Shown here piece by piece: positions 16,016 through 33,029 of a stretch of DNA of 64,000 nt. This DNA comes from the human T2T-CHM13v2.0 reference genome, Homo sapiens: assembly GCF_009914755.1 (NCBI RefSeq), contig NC_060926.1. The stretch is one strand, 5' to 3'. The notes below the pieces were generated by a model, which saw nothing but the letters and a program-made list of their open reading frames with translations, was not told where the DNA came from and searched no databases. The first letter of the stretch is position 1. Each line of letters opens with the position of its first letter. The position numbers were made by a program, and so were the translations under genes.

Positions 16016-17376
16016 TGTCATGGAGTATGACCAGTTGTGAGTGAAAGGGTCATAATTAAGCTTTATCAATATTACTTACCTGGAAGTTTATCACAACTAC
16101 TTTTTAATTATCCATGCTATGAGTTACTTCTATTTTTTTTCTTTTTCTTTATTTACACACCCTTGCTGGCTTGAAAAGTTACTTTTAGAGGCAAGATATA
16201 CAACTAGATAAAACAAGGGTCAAATTCTTTACTGCCTTTTTCTTCCAAGGAAGACTTCCTTGGAATTTTATTATCTATAAGCTAGTAAGAAATGTAATGG
16301 CTTATTGTGGCTATTATCTTCCAGCACCTAAGAAATGCAATAGCTTCTTGTGAAAAGTAAATATGCAGCAACTTTTGACTTGGTATAACATTTCAGATGC
16401 TGAATAACTAGGCATCATTTTATTCTTTCTGTGACTGAGCAGAACAGCTGAGGAAAATAAAGGATTTTGTCTGCTTTATATAATAGTATAACCCATAGCA
16501 CACCCAGACAGAAATAATCTTTTATGATGAGTTTGGTAGGCACTTCTTTAACATGTAGGGGTAGAAAAAAAATAACCTCTATTAACAGTTAAGGGTTTTG
16601 AATTATAAAATGTCTCTACTGTGATACAAACATTTATTTATTTTCCACTTTTAAATTTTAAAAACAGCATTCTTTTCAGAAATGCCTTAGGAATATATAA
16701 ATAATACTGACATGGATAAAAATCATTATATATTTTTCTGGAACAAAAGAGAAAATAATTGTATATTATCTAGTTCTCTTATGAGCTAAACATAGCTCTG
16801 ACACTATAATTCAATAAAGATGTGATACACCAAAAAATTTTAGTAAGACAAATCCTACTATAAATATTAGATATAAAATAGTTAAAATGCCAGCAAACAG
16901 TTCAAAAATACATTAAAACCTTAACCTGGGCTGGGCAAGGTGGCTTATGTCTGTAATCCCAGCACTTTGGGAGGCCAAAGTGGGAGAATTGCTTGAGCAC
17001 AGGACTTCAAGACCACCCTGGGTAACACAGTGAGACCCCCATCTCTATAAAAACTTTTTTTTTCTTTGTTTCGAGACAAAGAGTCTTGCTCTGTTGCCCA
17101 GGCTGGGTGAAAAAAAAATTAAAATAAGCATAATGAAGAGTATTTCTTACAATTTTTTTTTTTGAGATGAAGTTTTGCTCTTGTCACCCAGGCTGGAATG
17201 CAGTGGCATGATCTTGGCTCACTGTATCCCTCGCCTCCCAGGTTCAAATGATCCTCCTGCCTCAGCCTCCTGAGTAGCTGGGATTACAGGCTTGCACCAC
17301 CACACCTAGCTAATTTTTTTATTTTTAGTAGATATGGGATTTCACCATGTTGGCCAGGCTTGTCTTGAACTCCTGA

Positions 17377-17780
<404 letters not shown>

Positions 17781-18150
17781 TGAGCCACTGTGCCTGGCCT
17801 AAAGATTCATTCTTTATCATCATTATTAAACATTTCACATTGTTTATCATCTTTAGTGACTGTAATAAAATACGAAACAGAAAAAAGAGAAACAGTGGAA
17901 GGGCAAAAACAAAAAATATATATTTTTTAGAATATATGATTGCATAGCAAGAAAATTAAAAAGAATCACCTCATAACTACTATAATTAATAAAAGAACAC
18001 AGATATTGGCCAGGCACGGTGGCTCATGCCTGTAATCCTAGCACTTTGGGAGGCTGAGGCGGGCGGATCACGAGGTCAGGAGATCGAGATCACCCTGGCT
18101 AACACGGTGAAAACCATCTTGGCTAACATGGTGAAACCCCGTCTCTACTA

Positions 18151-18336
<186 letters not shown>

Positions 18337-21300
18337 TTAAATGTTAATGCTGCTAAAATCAGTATATTTCTGTAAAATCATCAAAACCCAATTAGAATGT
18401 ATGTAAAATAAACTCACCCAAGCAAAATGAGTGATATGCATGATCTTTATAAGGAAAACTACAATGCTGATTGAGAGATACAAATGAAGACTTAAATGGG
18501 GAAAACACCATATTCTTCAACAGGAAAAATAAATATCATAAGGACCTTTTTTTTTCAAACTGTCTTACAGATTTGATGCAATTGTAATTAAAACATAATT
18601 TTTGGATGCCATAAAAGAATGATTAGAAATTCATGAGAAAACATATTTTATCTGATAATAAAATACATTACTCTCAGATAATTAAATATATTACTATCAG
18701 ATAATTAAATGCATTACTACGGTTTAAAACAATGCCTCTGATTAATCTCCCCTCCTCTCCAATATTAATGGGAGAGCAAGCTCCCTAAGACCTCTGGGTC
18801 ACACTGAAGCAGGATCTTGGTTGATGTTGATTTCCTTTCCTTTTTTCCCTTTTTTCCCGTGGTCTGCCCTCTGGTGATCTAAATCAGCACCTACGTTTTC
18901 ACTGCAGCAAGACAGTTCACAACTTGTTATGGAAAGCCAAGGAATTAGGAGTGAGTGCCTGGGTCAAAAGGGCATTAAATGACATCTTCCAATCCTACTT
19001 CCTATATAAAATAATATGACGTCTTGGTTTGGCAAAAAACGCTGACAATTTTTAAAGCATGATGTTTCTTTTCTGTATGCTTGCAAATTTCCATAATGAA
19101 AAGTTAAAAATAGAAACAACAAAAAATTATTGCTCCCACAAATATGTGACCAATATATAAAAGAATCCTCAGTCACATTAACAATTAAACAAAGGCAAAT
19201 TAAAACAAGTAAAAATTTTTTTTCATTCCAGACCAAAAAGAACATTGAAACGCTAATACCTTTTAGCGCTAAAGAGGATATGGGAAAATAAGCAGCCAAT
19301 CTTTTGGGGAGGGTATTACTGCTATCTTTTGGAGGGCAATTAAGTAATACCAATGGAAAATTTTATTGTTCCAAAAACATTTCATATCCTTACACCCAGA
19401 ATTCCACTTTTATCTTATGAAAACACCCAGGGAAGAATGCAAAAATATATGTACATGAATGTTTATTGTACCATTGTTTATGAGAGCGAAACATTGGGAA
19501 TGAGTATGAATAAGTACTTATTAAATAAGTTAAGATACATCATACAATGGAACACATGCATCTTTTATTTATTTATTTATTTATTTATTATTTTTTAGAG
19601 ACAAGATCTCACTCTGTCACCCAGGCCGGAGTGTACTGGCGCAGTCAGGGCTCACTGCAGCCTTGACCTCCCAGGCTCAAGCAAACATCCCACCTTAGCC
19701 TCCCGAGTAGCTGGGACTACAAGCAGGAGCCAACAAGCCCAACAAATTATTGTTTTTTTTGTAGAGATGGTGGTTCCACCATGTTGCCAGGCTGGTCTTG
19801 AACTCCTGGGCTTGAGAGATCTGCCTGCCTTGGCCTCCCAAAATGCTGGGATTACAGGCATGAGCTACGGCATCTGGCCCATGCATCCTTTTAAAAGAAA
19901 ATCTCTTTTTATCAACACAGAAAGATATCCTTGGAAAATTAAGTAATGAAACAACTCGTATAAATGAGAATGGCCACATTTTGGTTAAAGAAGATAATAA
20001 TATACGTTAATATGTTCATTTAAAAAAATGTGGAGGCCAATAACCAAACAATTACAATGGTTTTCTTTAGATAGTAAGAAAAATGGGAGACTTTCACTTT
20101 CTTCATTGTGTAGTTCTGTAATGTTTGATTTTTTCAAGGCACATATATTATTGTTAAGCTCAATGTCCTGGGTTCCAAATATGAATCTTGAAGTTATCAT
20201 CATCATTTTCCCCAGAATATTCTAAAAGGGACTAGAGTAAATAGGACACTCATTGATTTCCTTACTTGTCTGACAAGGATAAAGCCCAAGCTAGTGGCCT
20301 CCACAGTGGGTGCACAAGATGATCCATTGATGCTCAGAGAAAAAGTATGCGAACATCAACATACATATTTTAATCTCATCCTTTGTTAATTTCCATTGTC
20401 AACTTTTGTTTTTAAATCATACATTATATAATTATTTATATTCATAAATGTATATTACATGTATATCATTTGTACATAAATATATACTCATATATTACGG
20501 GGAGTGTTCAAACATTTTTTTATTGATGGAGTATCTGATCAAAAGAGTTTAGAGTCCATTAATTTAGGTCAAAGCTGCCTTTAAGAGAACTTGAATTAGA
20601 GCTAAGGTAGACATAAACATTTTCCATAAGTTAGTTGTCCTCCCCAAAGTCACTAATACAGTACTTAAAAGGAAAAAAATCAGGAAAATAGGTGAGAAAA
20701 CACAATGGAAGACACATGAAAGAGTCAACTCAGTAAGTAATAAAAGGTAGAAGAGAAGAAAGTAAAACGGACAGAATGATTATTTACCTATACACAAATC
20801 AAATAATAAAACAATGGGGAAAACCTTAATGAATAAAGAAAGGGAAGTCAAAATGCAGGAATAGTCCCACAAAACATTTAGAGATGAAGAAACCACATTC
20901 TATCCTGAAAAAAAAGCAAATTGTCAAACAGTTGGAATTTAGAATGTAACACATCTGTAGTTCTATGTTTTCAGCCTAATGCTTCAAGCATAGTATGCAC
21001 TCAATGAGTAAAGAAAGAAAGGATTTTAGGTTATAGCATTTTACACCAAATTAATGTGTTTAGCTGCAATTTGAAAGCTTAATGTGTTTTTGTTATTTCT
21101 CTATTTTAAATTGAGCTGCTGAATATTTTATAGATTATGAGAAACAGAAAACAAAAAAATTGAAAAAACAATGGCAATTTTGTGATGTTACATTTGCAAA
21201 TGCAATGAAAAAGGTAACAACTCATTGGGAGAATTTCAAAATATGACAGGTAATTATTTATTTGCCAACCCATGGAAACCTCCTCTATTCCTTTGCCGTT

Positions 21301-22585
21301 ATATGAGCCAAATAATCAAATAAGAATATTTGCAATGAACTTATAATTTAGAACTTCTAAAATTTCTAGAGCCAGAATAAAGGCAATTAACAGGATTAAA
21401 GCAGTGACCTTTTTCCTGCTCTTGAAAGCTGAATTCATTAGTGACGTTCTATACGGTCTATAAATTATTTTTTAAAATAACACTTCCATTGTGTGGGTAT
21501 TTTTAAGCCTATTGCTAATAGTTACTTTAAGCCCTCTGATCTAGAATGTAAGCATGTTTTGTTAGTGTTAAAACAAAATGAAATCCTGTTTTGCAGTAGT
21601 TACAACTTTACCATCTCTCCCAGGGGCAGCAAAGATAAATAGATTATTTTTAGGCAAATGTAAGGCACTATATTCTTAGATTATCATTCAGATATTCATC
21701 AAATATTCAATGAGGGTTTCTCAGTGCCAAACATTGTGTTGGAGTTGGAGATCCACTCGTGAAATTAATGAGTCAGCCTCCTCCAGAATTCACAATAGTC
21801 TTTCCTTGATTAATTTTGCAATATCCAAACTATCTGAGATATATCTGTGCATGTGTATGGATGTGTAGACTCATGAATATAAAACACTACTATAAAAAAG
21901 ATAACTACTTAACATTTAACCATGATTATTGTAGGAGGTGCAATACTTAACTCTTAAAAAAAGTAAGTAGAAGTATCTTTAAAAGCCGCATAATGTGTGA
22001 TTCAACAATTCTACTTTTAGGAATTCATCTTCACAAAATGATAAAGGTTAGTGGCAAATATTTAATTACAAGGGTGCTCATAGTAGAATTATTATTATTG
22101 TTGTTATTATTATTATTTTAAGACAGGGTCTCACTCTGTTGCCCAGGCTGGAGTACAGTGGTGTAATCAGAGCTCACTGCAGCCTCCAACTCCTGAATTC
22201 AAGCAATCTTCCCATCTCAGCCTCCTGAGTAGCTGAGACTACAGGTGCTTGCCACCATTCCTGGATAATTTTTTTTTTTCTTTTGCAGAGGCAGGGTCTC
22301 GCTATGTTTCCCAGGCATATTTTTTTAAAAAGTGCAAGAAACATCTTAGATCAATGCAGGATTGCTTACATAAATTATGATCACACAATGGGAAACTAGG
22401 TAATATTAAAAAGGATTATGTAGAAGTGTTTTCAATGATGTGGAAAAAATTCCATGATATATCAGAAAGTGAAAATTAGAAGTTTCCTTGTTGCTTAGGT
22501 GTCTAGTACAGAAAACAAGTCCTGACTGTGCTCTGAGCCTGGGCAAGACACTTGACCTCACAGACTCAGTTCTTCCATCTGTTAA

Positions 22586-22962
22586 TGTGTGGAATTTGTG
22601 TTACCCTCAAATTCATATGCTGAAGTGATAGTCCACAGTGCCTCAGAATGCGATATTTGGAGATAAGGTTTTTAAAGAGGTAATTAAGTTAAAATGAGGT
22701 TATTAGGGGGCCTTAATCCAATATGACTGATATGCTTATAAGAAACGGAGATTAGTACATAGGCTGTATAGGGGTAAGACCAGGTATAGACACAGGGAGA
22801 AGACAGCCATCTGCAAGCCAAGACGAGAAGCCTCAAAGGAAACCAACCCTGCCAATAACTTGATCAGAGACATAGACTTCAGAACTTTCAGAAAATAAAT
22901 GTCTGCCGCTCAAGCCACCCAGTCTGTGGTAATTTGTTATAGCAGTCCTAGCAAACTAATAC
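22586..22962 (+). mobile_element. MLT1A/B MaLR LTR inserted in a MIR
   Basis: aaattcatatgctgaagt...aagccacccagtctgtggtaatttgttatagcag..ctaataca. Confidence 0.8.
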
Positions 22963-23989
22963 ACCATTTAAAAGAGGGAGAAAATCTTAATATCATCTTT
23001 ATTTAGCTCACAAGTTTGCTGTAAGTCAAATAGATGTAATCTCTTTGTAAACTGTAAAGTACTATATAAATGTGAATAATTGTTATTCACAAGGTCCTTG
23101 AAAATGCAGTCATGTTGTTACGATTTGAATTTTATATTCCTTTAGTAGGGCAGACACTCAGTATCAGTACAGGGGATGGGGAGAAGCAAGAGATTTCCTA
23201 GGGCTGCAGCAAAAAACACAAATGATTTGTCATTGAAAGAAGAGGCAAAATAAAATGAATAGTTCCTTGCATTCATGCTGCAAATTTTTAAGCAAACCGA
23301 TACCTAAACTACATACAATAACAATATCTAATATGTATTAAGCATTTACTAAGTACCTAGCATAATCCCAAGTACTTTTAATATGTGTTCTCAGCCAGGC
23401 GCGGTGGCTCACGCCTGTAATCCTAGCCTTTATCAACCCCATGGTAAAAGTGCTTGGTGTGTGTATGTGTGTCATGTACTGTGTATATATATTTATTTAT
23501 GTGTGTGCATCTATTTTAGTTTTGTTACATGTATCTTTTTTTTTTTTTTTTGGAGACAGGGTCTCACTCTGTTGCCCAGGGTGGAGTACAGAGGTGCAAT
23601 ATCGGCTCACTGCAACCTCTGTCTCCAGGTTCAAGCGATTTTCCTGCCTCAGCCTCCCAATTAGCTGAGTACAGGCGCCCATCACCACGCCAAGCTAATT
23701 TTTAGTAGAGACGAGGTTTTGCCATGTTGGGCAGGCTAGTCTCAAACTCCTGACCTCAAGTGATCCACTCACCTTGGCCTCTCAAAGTGCTGGGATTACA
23801 GGCATGAGCCACCGCACCCGGCCTGTTATACATATCTTTAACATTAAAATTTGTTCCTATGTGGTAAGAACAGTAAAAGGAGTAATAAAATTGCCAAAAT
23901 AAGTTGTGATTTTCCAAGAGATGACTGTGCTTTGCATTACTGTGAAACACTGAAAACACTGCTAAATGACCTATGCGTAACACACACCC

Positions 23990-24390
23990 ATGCTATCTTC
24001 TTACTCTTGCCCCAGTACATCCATATGCATTGCTCTAACAGTGTGCAAGCTGTTCTTCTGAGTTTATTTTATGATAAGCGTATTGAATACATTATCTCAA
24101 ATCTGTGTAAGCATCCTGCTTATAAGAATCTCAAGCAATGAATAAAAAGAAAAGCCTTATGTTTTAAGGAGAAAATGAAATAATAAAATATTTTGAAACA
24201 AATGAGAGAACTTGCAGGCCTGAAGGAATCCACATTGCCCATTTAGATTTAGAGATTTAGAAACAAGGCTAAGAAAATAAAAGAAAGGAAAACTCTTACA
24301 TCATAGTTATCTGCTTCCAGTGGAATTGAGAAGCATTTGGAAGAGACTGAAGACAAAGAAAGACTCTAATGCTGAACAATGAGTGTGGAT
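23990..24390 (+). mobile_element. Degraded Tigger/pogo transposase N-terminus
   Basis: Frameshifted KKKSL..KEK..IIKYFETNER..GLKESTL, resembling the CENP-B/psq helix-turn-helix. Confidence 0.45.
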
Positions 24391-24465
24391 GAGGCCGGGC
24401 GTGGTGGCTCATGCCTGTAATCCCAGCGCTTTGGGAGGCCGAGGTAGGCAGATCACTTGAGGTCA

Positions 24466-24714
<249 letters not shown>

Positions 24715-24819
24715 TTAACCTAGTAGATTGGCAAAGACTATTTTTTAAAAATATTTAAAATAGGGAGCCCGAGGCGGGCAGATCACGAGCTCAGGAGATC
24801 GAGACCATCCTGGCTACTA

Positions 24820-25029
<210 letters not shown>

Positions 25030-26806
25030 TTAAAATAATTAGTTCAGTAATTTTCCCATGAGAATTTGTTCGAGGGAAATAATGAGACTAGGGTTCAAAA
25101 ACATATGTGCAAGTATATTCATTACACAATTGTTTACGGGTTTAAAAAATTCAAGTAATTTAATGTAGCAGTTGAGGTTTGGTCAAATTAACCAAGATAT
25201 ATATTCTTTCATTTAGCAATTCTGCTGGAATCTATCCCTTGGAATAGTAAATAAAACCAACAGTTCTCAGGATGCAACATTTATAACAGCAGTTTGTGGA
25301 AGCAAAAAATGGCAAATCCACAGCACGGAGGAGGAAAAAGAAAAAAATTGCACATGGCCAGGCACGGTGCCTCACGCCTGTAATCCTAACTCTTTGGGAG
25401 GCCGAGGCAGGCGGAACACCTGAGGTCAGGAGTTCGAGGCCAGCCTGGCCAACATGGCGAAACCCTGTCCCTACTAAAACTACAAAAATTAGCTGGGTGT
25501 GGTGGCACATGCCTGTAATCCCAGCTACTCTGGAGGCTGAGGCACAGGAGAATCTCTTGAACCCAGAAGGCTAAGGTTGCAGTGAGCTGAGGTCACGCCA
25601 CTGCACTCCAGCCTGGGCGACAGAGCGAGACTCTGTCTAAAAAAAAAAAAAAAAAAAAGGCACATAATGATCATCTTCATGCATTCAGGTAAGATACTGT
25701 GTGCACATTCACAAAATAAAAATAGACTAAAGGATGGTTTATGGAATACTATGCAGTTGCAAAGAAAGCACAAATTTATATTTTTAAAAGATAAAGATAT
25801 AAGAAAAAAATTCATAACTGTACATATAATCCTATTTATGTAAAAAATATATATATATATATGGTTGTCTGAAGATATTTTGGGACTCCAAACACCTTCA
25901 CAATGACCACTGAAGACCCCATTCCACAATGGACTCCACCTAAATGCTGAGTTGGAGTTATAATAAGATTTGGTTACCAAGGCATTTATTTAAGTGAGTA
26001 TTAACTTTGCTCTTGCCCTTGAAAAGCTCCTAATTCTAGTTATCTTTATCCAAGCGTAAGAGATTAAAGACCCGCCTGAAGATACAGATGCAAACTGACC
26101 GTAAGACAATCAGCGAGTCTCACACAGCTCGGCTTTGTATTTTCAGACAACCCTTTAATTACAAACGCCTCTGGGCCAATGGTCTGAAAATGGTTGGGAC
26201 TGAGGTGCTGGGGATACAATGATGAACTGCAGCCGCTGAAGCCCTGTCAGGTGGAGACCCGGTTACCTCAGACCCTCACTGAGCCTTTTCTTTTTTCTTT
26301 TCTTTCTTCCTGTTTTTCTTTTGAGACGCAGTCTCCCAGGCTGCAGTGCAGTGGCTCACTGCAACCTCGGCTTCCCGGGTTCAAGCGATTCTCCTGCCTC
26401 AGCCTCCCGAGTACCTGGGATTACAGGCGGCGCCACCACGCCAGGCTAATTTTTGTATTTTTGGTAGAGACGAGGTTTCACCATGTTGGCCAAGCTGGTC
26501 TCGACCTCCTGACCTCAGGTGATCCGCAAGCCTCGGCCTCCCAAAGTGCTGGAATTACAGGCGTGAGCCACCGCGCCCGTCTACTGCGCGTTTTCTAAAC
26601 CTTGGCTCCTACGCATTTATCAGAAGAGAGAGCGCAATCTGTCTATGACTTCCAGCCAATAGCTACACTTCTTTTCTCAGCCCTCGTCCACTGTTCTTTT
26701 TTAACCAATCAGAAACGTTTTTCAAACGTTTGCCCTCCCCGCTAAGTGCGCAGGCTCCTGGAAAGTTGTCTTCACTTCCGGGCCGCGGTCTAGGGCGGCT
26801 ACGTGT

Positions 26807-26820
26807 GTTGCCATAGCGAC
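26807..26820. promoter_or_regulatory. RFX X-box GTTGCCATAGCGAC
   Basis: 12/14 match to the palindromic X-box GTTGCCATGGCAAC, a motif typical of ciliary gene promoters. Confidence 0.8.
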
Positions 26821-26947
26821 CATTTTGCATTAACTGGTTGGTAGCTTCTATCCTGGGGGCTGAGCGACTGCGGGCCAGCTCTTCCCCTACTCCCTCTCGG
26901 CTCCTTGTGGCCCAAAGGCCTAACCGGGGTCCGGCGGTCTGGCCTAG

Positions 26948-27160
<213 letters not shown>

Positions 27161-27580
27161 TAACCACAAGCCATCTCTCGTCTCCCCGACCCCCTGTCTC
27201 CACCCCTGTCGCAAGGTCTCGTTCCCCTCACCACCTTCTCCACCCGCGTCATCAGGTTTAGAGCTGGTTGTGTGGGAGGAATTCCTTTCACCCTGCCAAT
27301 GTGTTCCTTCGCAGACCTGAAAACGGGGACCGAGACTCCCCTTCTCTGGGGCCGAAGCGCACGTCCGAAGAACATTAGACTTGAATCGTAAATTCGGTCT
27401 CTCACCCTGTCCCGAACGTTTCTGCCCTCGGCAGGTGGACTGTTTGGCTGGGCTTCTTCAACAGCTTTGCCAGACTTGAGAGGAGAAGCGTCGGTTTACC
27501 TGAGTTCCTTATGATCCCTAGCATTTCGCCCGGTGTAGTCAGCTTAGGAAATGAGAAATGATTTCACTCCAAACCAACAG

Positions 27581-27655
27581 TTAACTGCAAAGGAGGGCAT
27601 GTGATAACTCCAGGAAGCCCAGAGCCGGTGATTTTGGTGGCCTGTGTTCCCCTTG
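27581..27655 (+). CDS. CFAP36: CFAP36 alternative in-frame cassette exon (VNCKGGHVITPGSPEPVILVACVPL)
   Basis: aacag| ... G|gtgagc; 75 nt, phase 1/1, no stop; inclusion gives 367 aa, the size I recall for the longer isoform. Confidence 0.75.
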
Positions 27656-28655
27656 GTGAGCTCTCTACTCTTCGCTATACCAAAAATTGGCGAGGTGGGG
27701 CAGGACCATTCTTGGAACAAATGAGGCGTATAGATATGGCATAATATTCCCCGTGAAGGACAGGCATCTCCGGGTTCTGAGCAGTTCTTCAGGCTTGGAG
27801 TTCTGCATTCAGTTCGTGGAGACTATTTGCAGCCCATTCGCAGAAAAGGAACCAGAAACCACGTCATATAAATGAGTGCCCAAGCGTTATTGTGGTTGTT
27901 TAATCGGGCAAGACTTTGAGGGTAGTAGTATTCATCAATTATTTGAACATCTGCTTTGTGTTGTAAGGTTGAGTAGAATAGAGCTAGGGTCAGTTGGTAC
28001 AAGCTACAGGGAAACAAATTTCAGTGAAGGAAGTGTTTCATGATAGAATGTATCCAAGATGAGTTAGCCAGCCTCAGAAGGTAATGAGCTTCCCGGCTCC
28101 AGCAGTGTTTGAATGGATCTGATAGCGACTTAATAGGGTTAGAGGGATTCAGCTATTCAGCTATCAAATGGTCGGTTATCCTGGATGACCTTTTAAGACT
28201 TCTTTAAATTCCAAGATATCATGAATCTGGTAAAGATGAAATTCAGTTTGACCACTGAATCTTTTCATTACATTTTCATTGCTATAATCAATATTCAAAT
28301 CGTAGTTATTAAAGTGTTATTTTTACAGGTAATTTTTTAACAATGTTCAAAAACAAAATAACTTGTATTTGTACTCCTTTTTTTTTTTTTTTTTTGGGAG
28401 ACAGAGTGTCGCTCTGTTGCCCAGGCTGGAGTGCAGTGGCGTGATCTTGGCTCACTGCATTGTTTTATACATATGATCATTCAGTAAACACTTGTTTTGA
28501 TTTTATTTAACTTCATTATTTATCTGTGGTAACAAAAATTGCCTGGTCACTTTCAGTAACATTTACATCAGCAAAATTCCAGTACAATAAAATAATATGG
28601 AACCTATTGTAAAAGGATTTAACCATTAACAATAATATTACATTAAAAGTTATGA

Positions 28656-29151
<496 letters not shown>

Positions 29152-29258
29152 TAAACCCTAAGAATTCAAAGCTGAAGAGCTAGGTTGACAGTTCTATTTG
29201 GAAGGAGTGGATTTTTAAATTTGCATTAATAAAATGATTTGGTTTTTACACTATGTAA

Positions 29259-29360
<102 letters not shown>

Positions 29361-30207
29361 TGATTTTTAAAAGTAATTAGGCTAATACTACTTATAGCTT
29401 TTCTAAATGAAGAAAAATATTTTTACATTAAAAATCCTTAATTTTACAAAAATCCAATCTACCTTAACAATAGTGCCAGTTATATCTGTCTCCACAGGTG
29501 CTCTGAATATCTCATTTGGATGACTTATCTCCTCTACTCTAAGGAATGGTTTTACAACTCTTTATGGGTTCTTGCATGTATTCTTTATATCTTATTCTTA
29601 TTTTGTTGACGCATCCAGGGACATATTAATTATTCACTTCGTCATGGTTGTCATGTGATTTTTTTATTTTTTATTTTTGAGACAGGGTCTTGCTCTGTCA
29701 CCCAGGCTGGAGTGCAGTGGCACTATCACAGCCTATTGCAGCCTCAACCTCCCCAGGCTCAAGCGATCCTCCCATCTCAGCCACCTGAGTAGCTGGGACT
29801 ACAGGTGTGCACCACCATGCCCTGCTAATTTTTTTGTATTTTGTAGAGATGGCGTTTCTCTGTGTTTCCCAGGCTGGTGTGGAACTCCAGAGCTCAAGTG
29901 ATCCACCTGCCTGGGCCTCCCAAAGTGTTGGGTTTACAGGTGTGAGCCACTGCCCAGCCTGTCTTGTGATTTTAAAAAATGCCTCTGGCAGTGGGGCTCA
30001 GTGGCTCACACCTATAATCCCAGCACTTTGGAGGCCAAGGCAGGTGGATTGCTTCAGCCAAGGAGTTCGAGACCAGCCTGGGCAACATGGTGAAACTCCA
30101 TCTTTATAAAAATTACAAAAATTAATCAGTCATGATGGCATGTGCCTGTAGTCCCAGTTGCTTGGGAGGCTGAAGTGGGAGGATGATCTCTTGAGCCCAG
30201 AAGGTCA

Positions 30208-30441
<234 letters not shown>

Positions 30442-30470
30442 TTAGTCGGGCATTGTGGCAGGCGCCTCTA

Positions 30471-30716
<246 letters not shown>

Positions 30717-30896
30717 TCAGCAAAAATATTAACTTTTAATTTGTGTTTTGGTGAAAGACAATGTCACTGTCATGTAATATGTAGATTAATATTTGCAAAA
30801 AATTCGATGATACTTTTCTAAACTAAATACTTAATATGCAAACTGTCATGTAGAATTTTTCTATGTAATTATAAAAGTTAAACTTTGTTTTTTTAG

Positions 30897-31034
<138 letters not shown>

Positions 31035-31808
31035 TAACAAATGCCCAGGGTTAAACACTCACTTAAATTTGAATGTTTGATTGACAAAGTGTAATATTTT
31101 AGACATTGTGAGAGGTAGAAAGATAATTCATCACATATGAGTTCTTTTTGAGAGCAACCCTGAAAAATGATAATTTGAGGCATTAATGAACTGATGCAAC
31201 TCAAAGTGACCTTTCTAAACTCAGAACTAGAATAAGATCACAGGGTTTATACAAACTACTGTTTTATTTACATAGATCTCCAATAATTCTGCAGTTGCTC
31301 CTTTTATAATTTTAGCAGATCCACAGTCAGTAGTTCCTGCTGCTGCTTCCTTCTCTTGGAACTACTTGTATTATCTTACTGGTTGTGTAGTGCTAGGCTG
31401 AAGTAGTAATACATATGTTATAAACTAATGTTTGTTTTTGTTGTTTTTTTGATATGGGGTCTCACTCTATTGCTCAGGCTGGAGTTTAGTGTGATTGCAG
31501 CTCATTATAGGCTCAACATCCCTGGGCTCAGGTAATCCTCCCATCTCAACTTTCCTGGTAGCTGGGACTACAGGTGCCGCACCAGCACACATGGCTAATT
31601 TTTTTTTTTTTTTTTTTTTTTTTGTAGAGACAGGGTCTTGCTGTGTTGTCCAGGCTGGTCTTGAATGCTGGGCTCAAGGGATTTGCCCATCTTGGCCTCC
31701 CAAAGTGCTAGGATTACAGGCATGAGCCACCACGCCCAGCCTGTAAACTAATGTTTATTGAGGGCTTGTGCTAATTGATATTTTGGGCACTTGACATGTT
31801 TTATCTCA

Positions 31809-32201
<393 letters not shown>

Positions 32202-32338
32202 TTAAGCAAATAGTCCAAAGTCCACAGCTAAATAAGTAGTAGAGCCAGTATCCCCAGCCCAGGCAAGCCAACTGAGTGCCCTTGCTCAGAGGGTGAGGAT
32301 TGGGATATGTTGCTACTACCCAAGTAGCCTTTTGCTCA

Positions 32339-32545
<207 letters not shown>

Positions 32546-32825
32546 TCACTTGAGCCTAGGAGGTTGAAGCTGCAGTAAGACAAGATCATGCCACTGTACT
32601 CCAGCCTGGGCAACAGATTAGGACCCAACCCCAAAAAACAAAACATTGGCTTTGGCATCTCATCTTCTACTAAATAAACTGTAATTTCTTAGCAAGATAT
32701 GGTAAGAATTGTTTAAGATGAGACTCCAGATTGTATTTTTAGCCATGATCCCTTGCTATAGTTCTCCAATACATTATGTTCTACTGCCATTCCAGGTAAC
32801 TTGCTCTCTTTTTTTTTTCTTTTGA

Positions 32826-33029
<204 letters not shown>

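Noticed and set aside
16080-16275. - strand exon-like segment with a strong CAG|gtaagt donor
   Set aside because: Stops in the frames examined and no phase-compatible partner exons found; at most a non-coding exon
18964-19598. 129-aa and 81-aa ORFs
   Set aside because: Lie in degraded old L1-like 3' sequence; no splice or coding support
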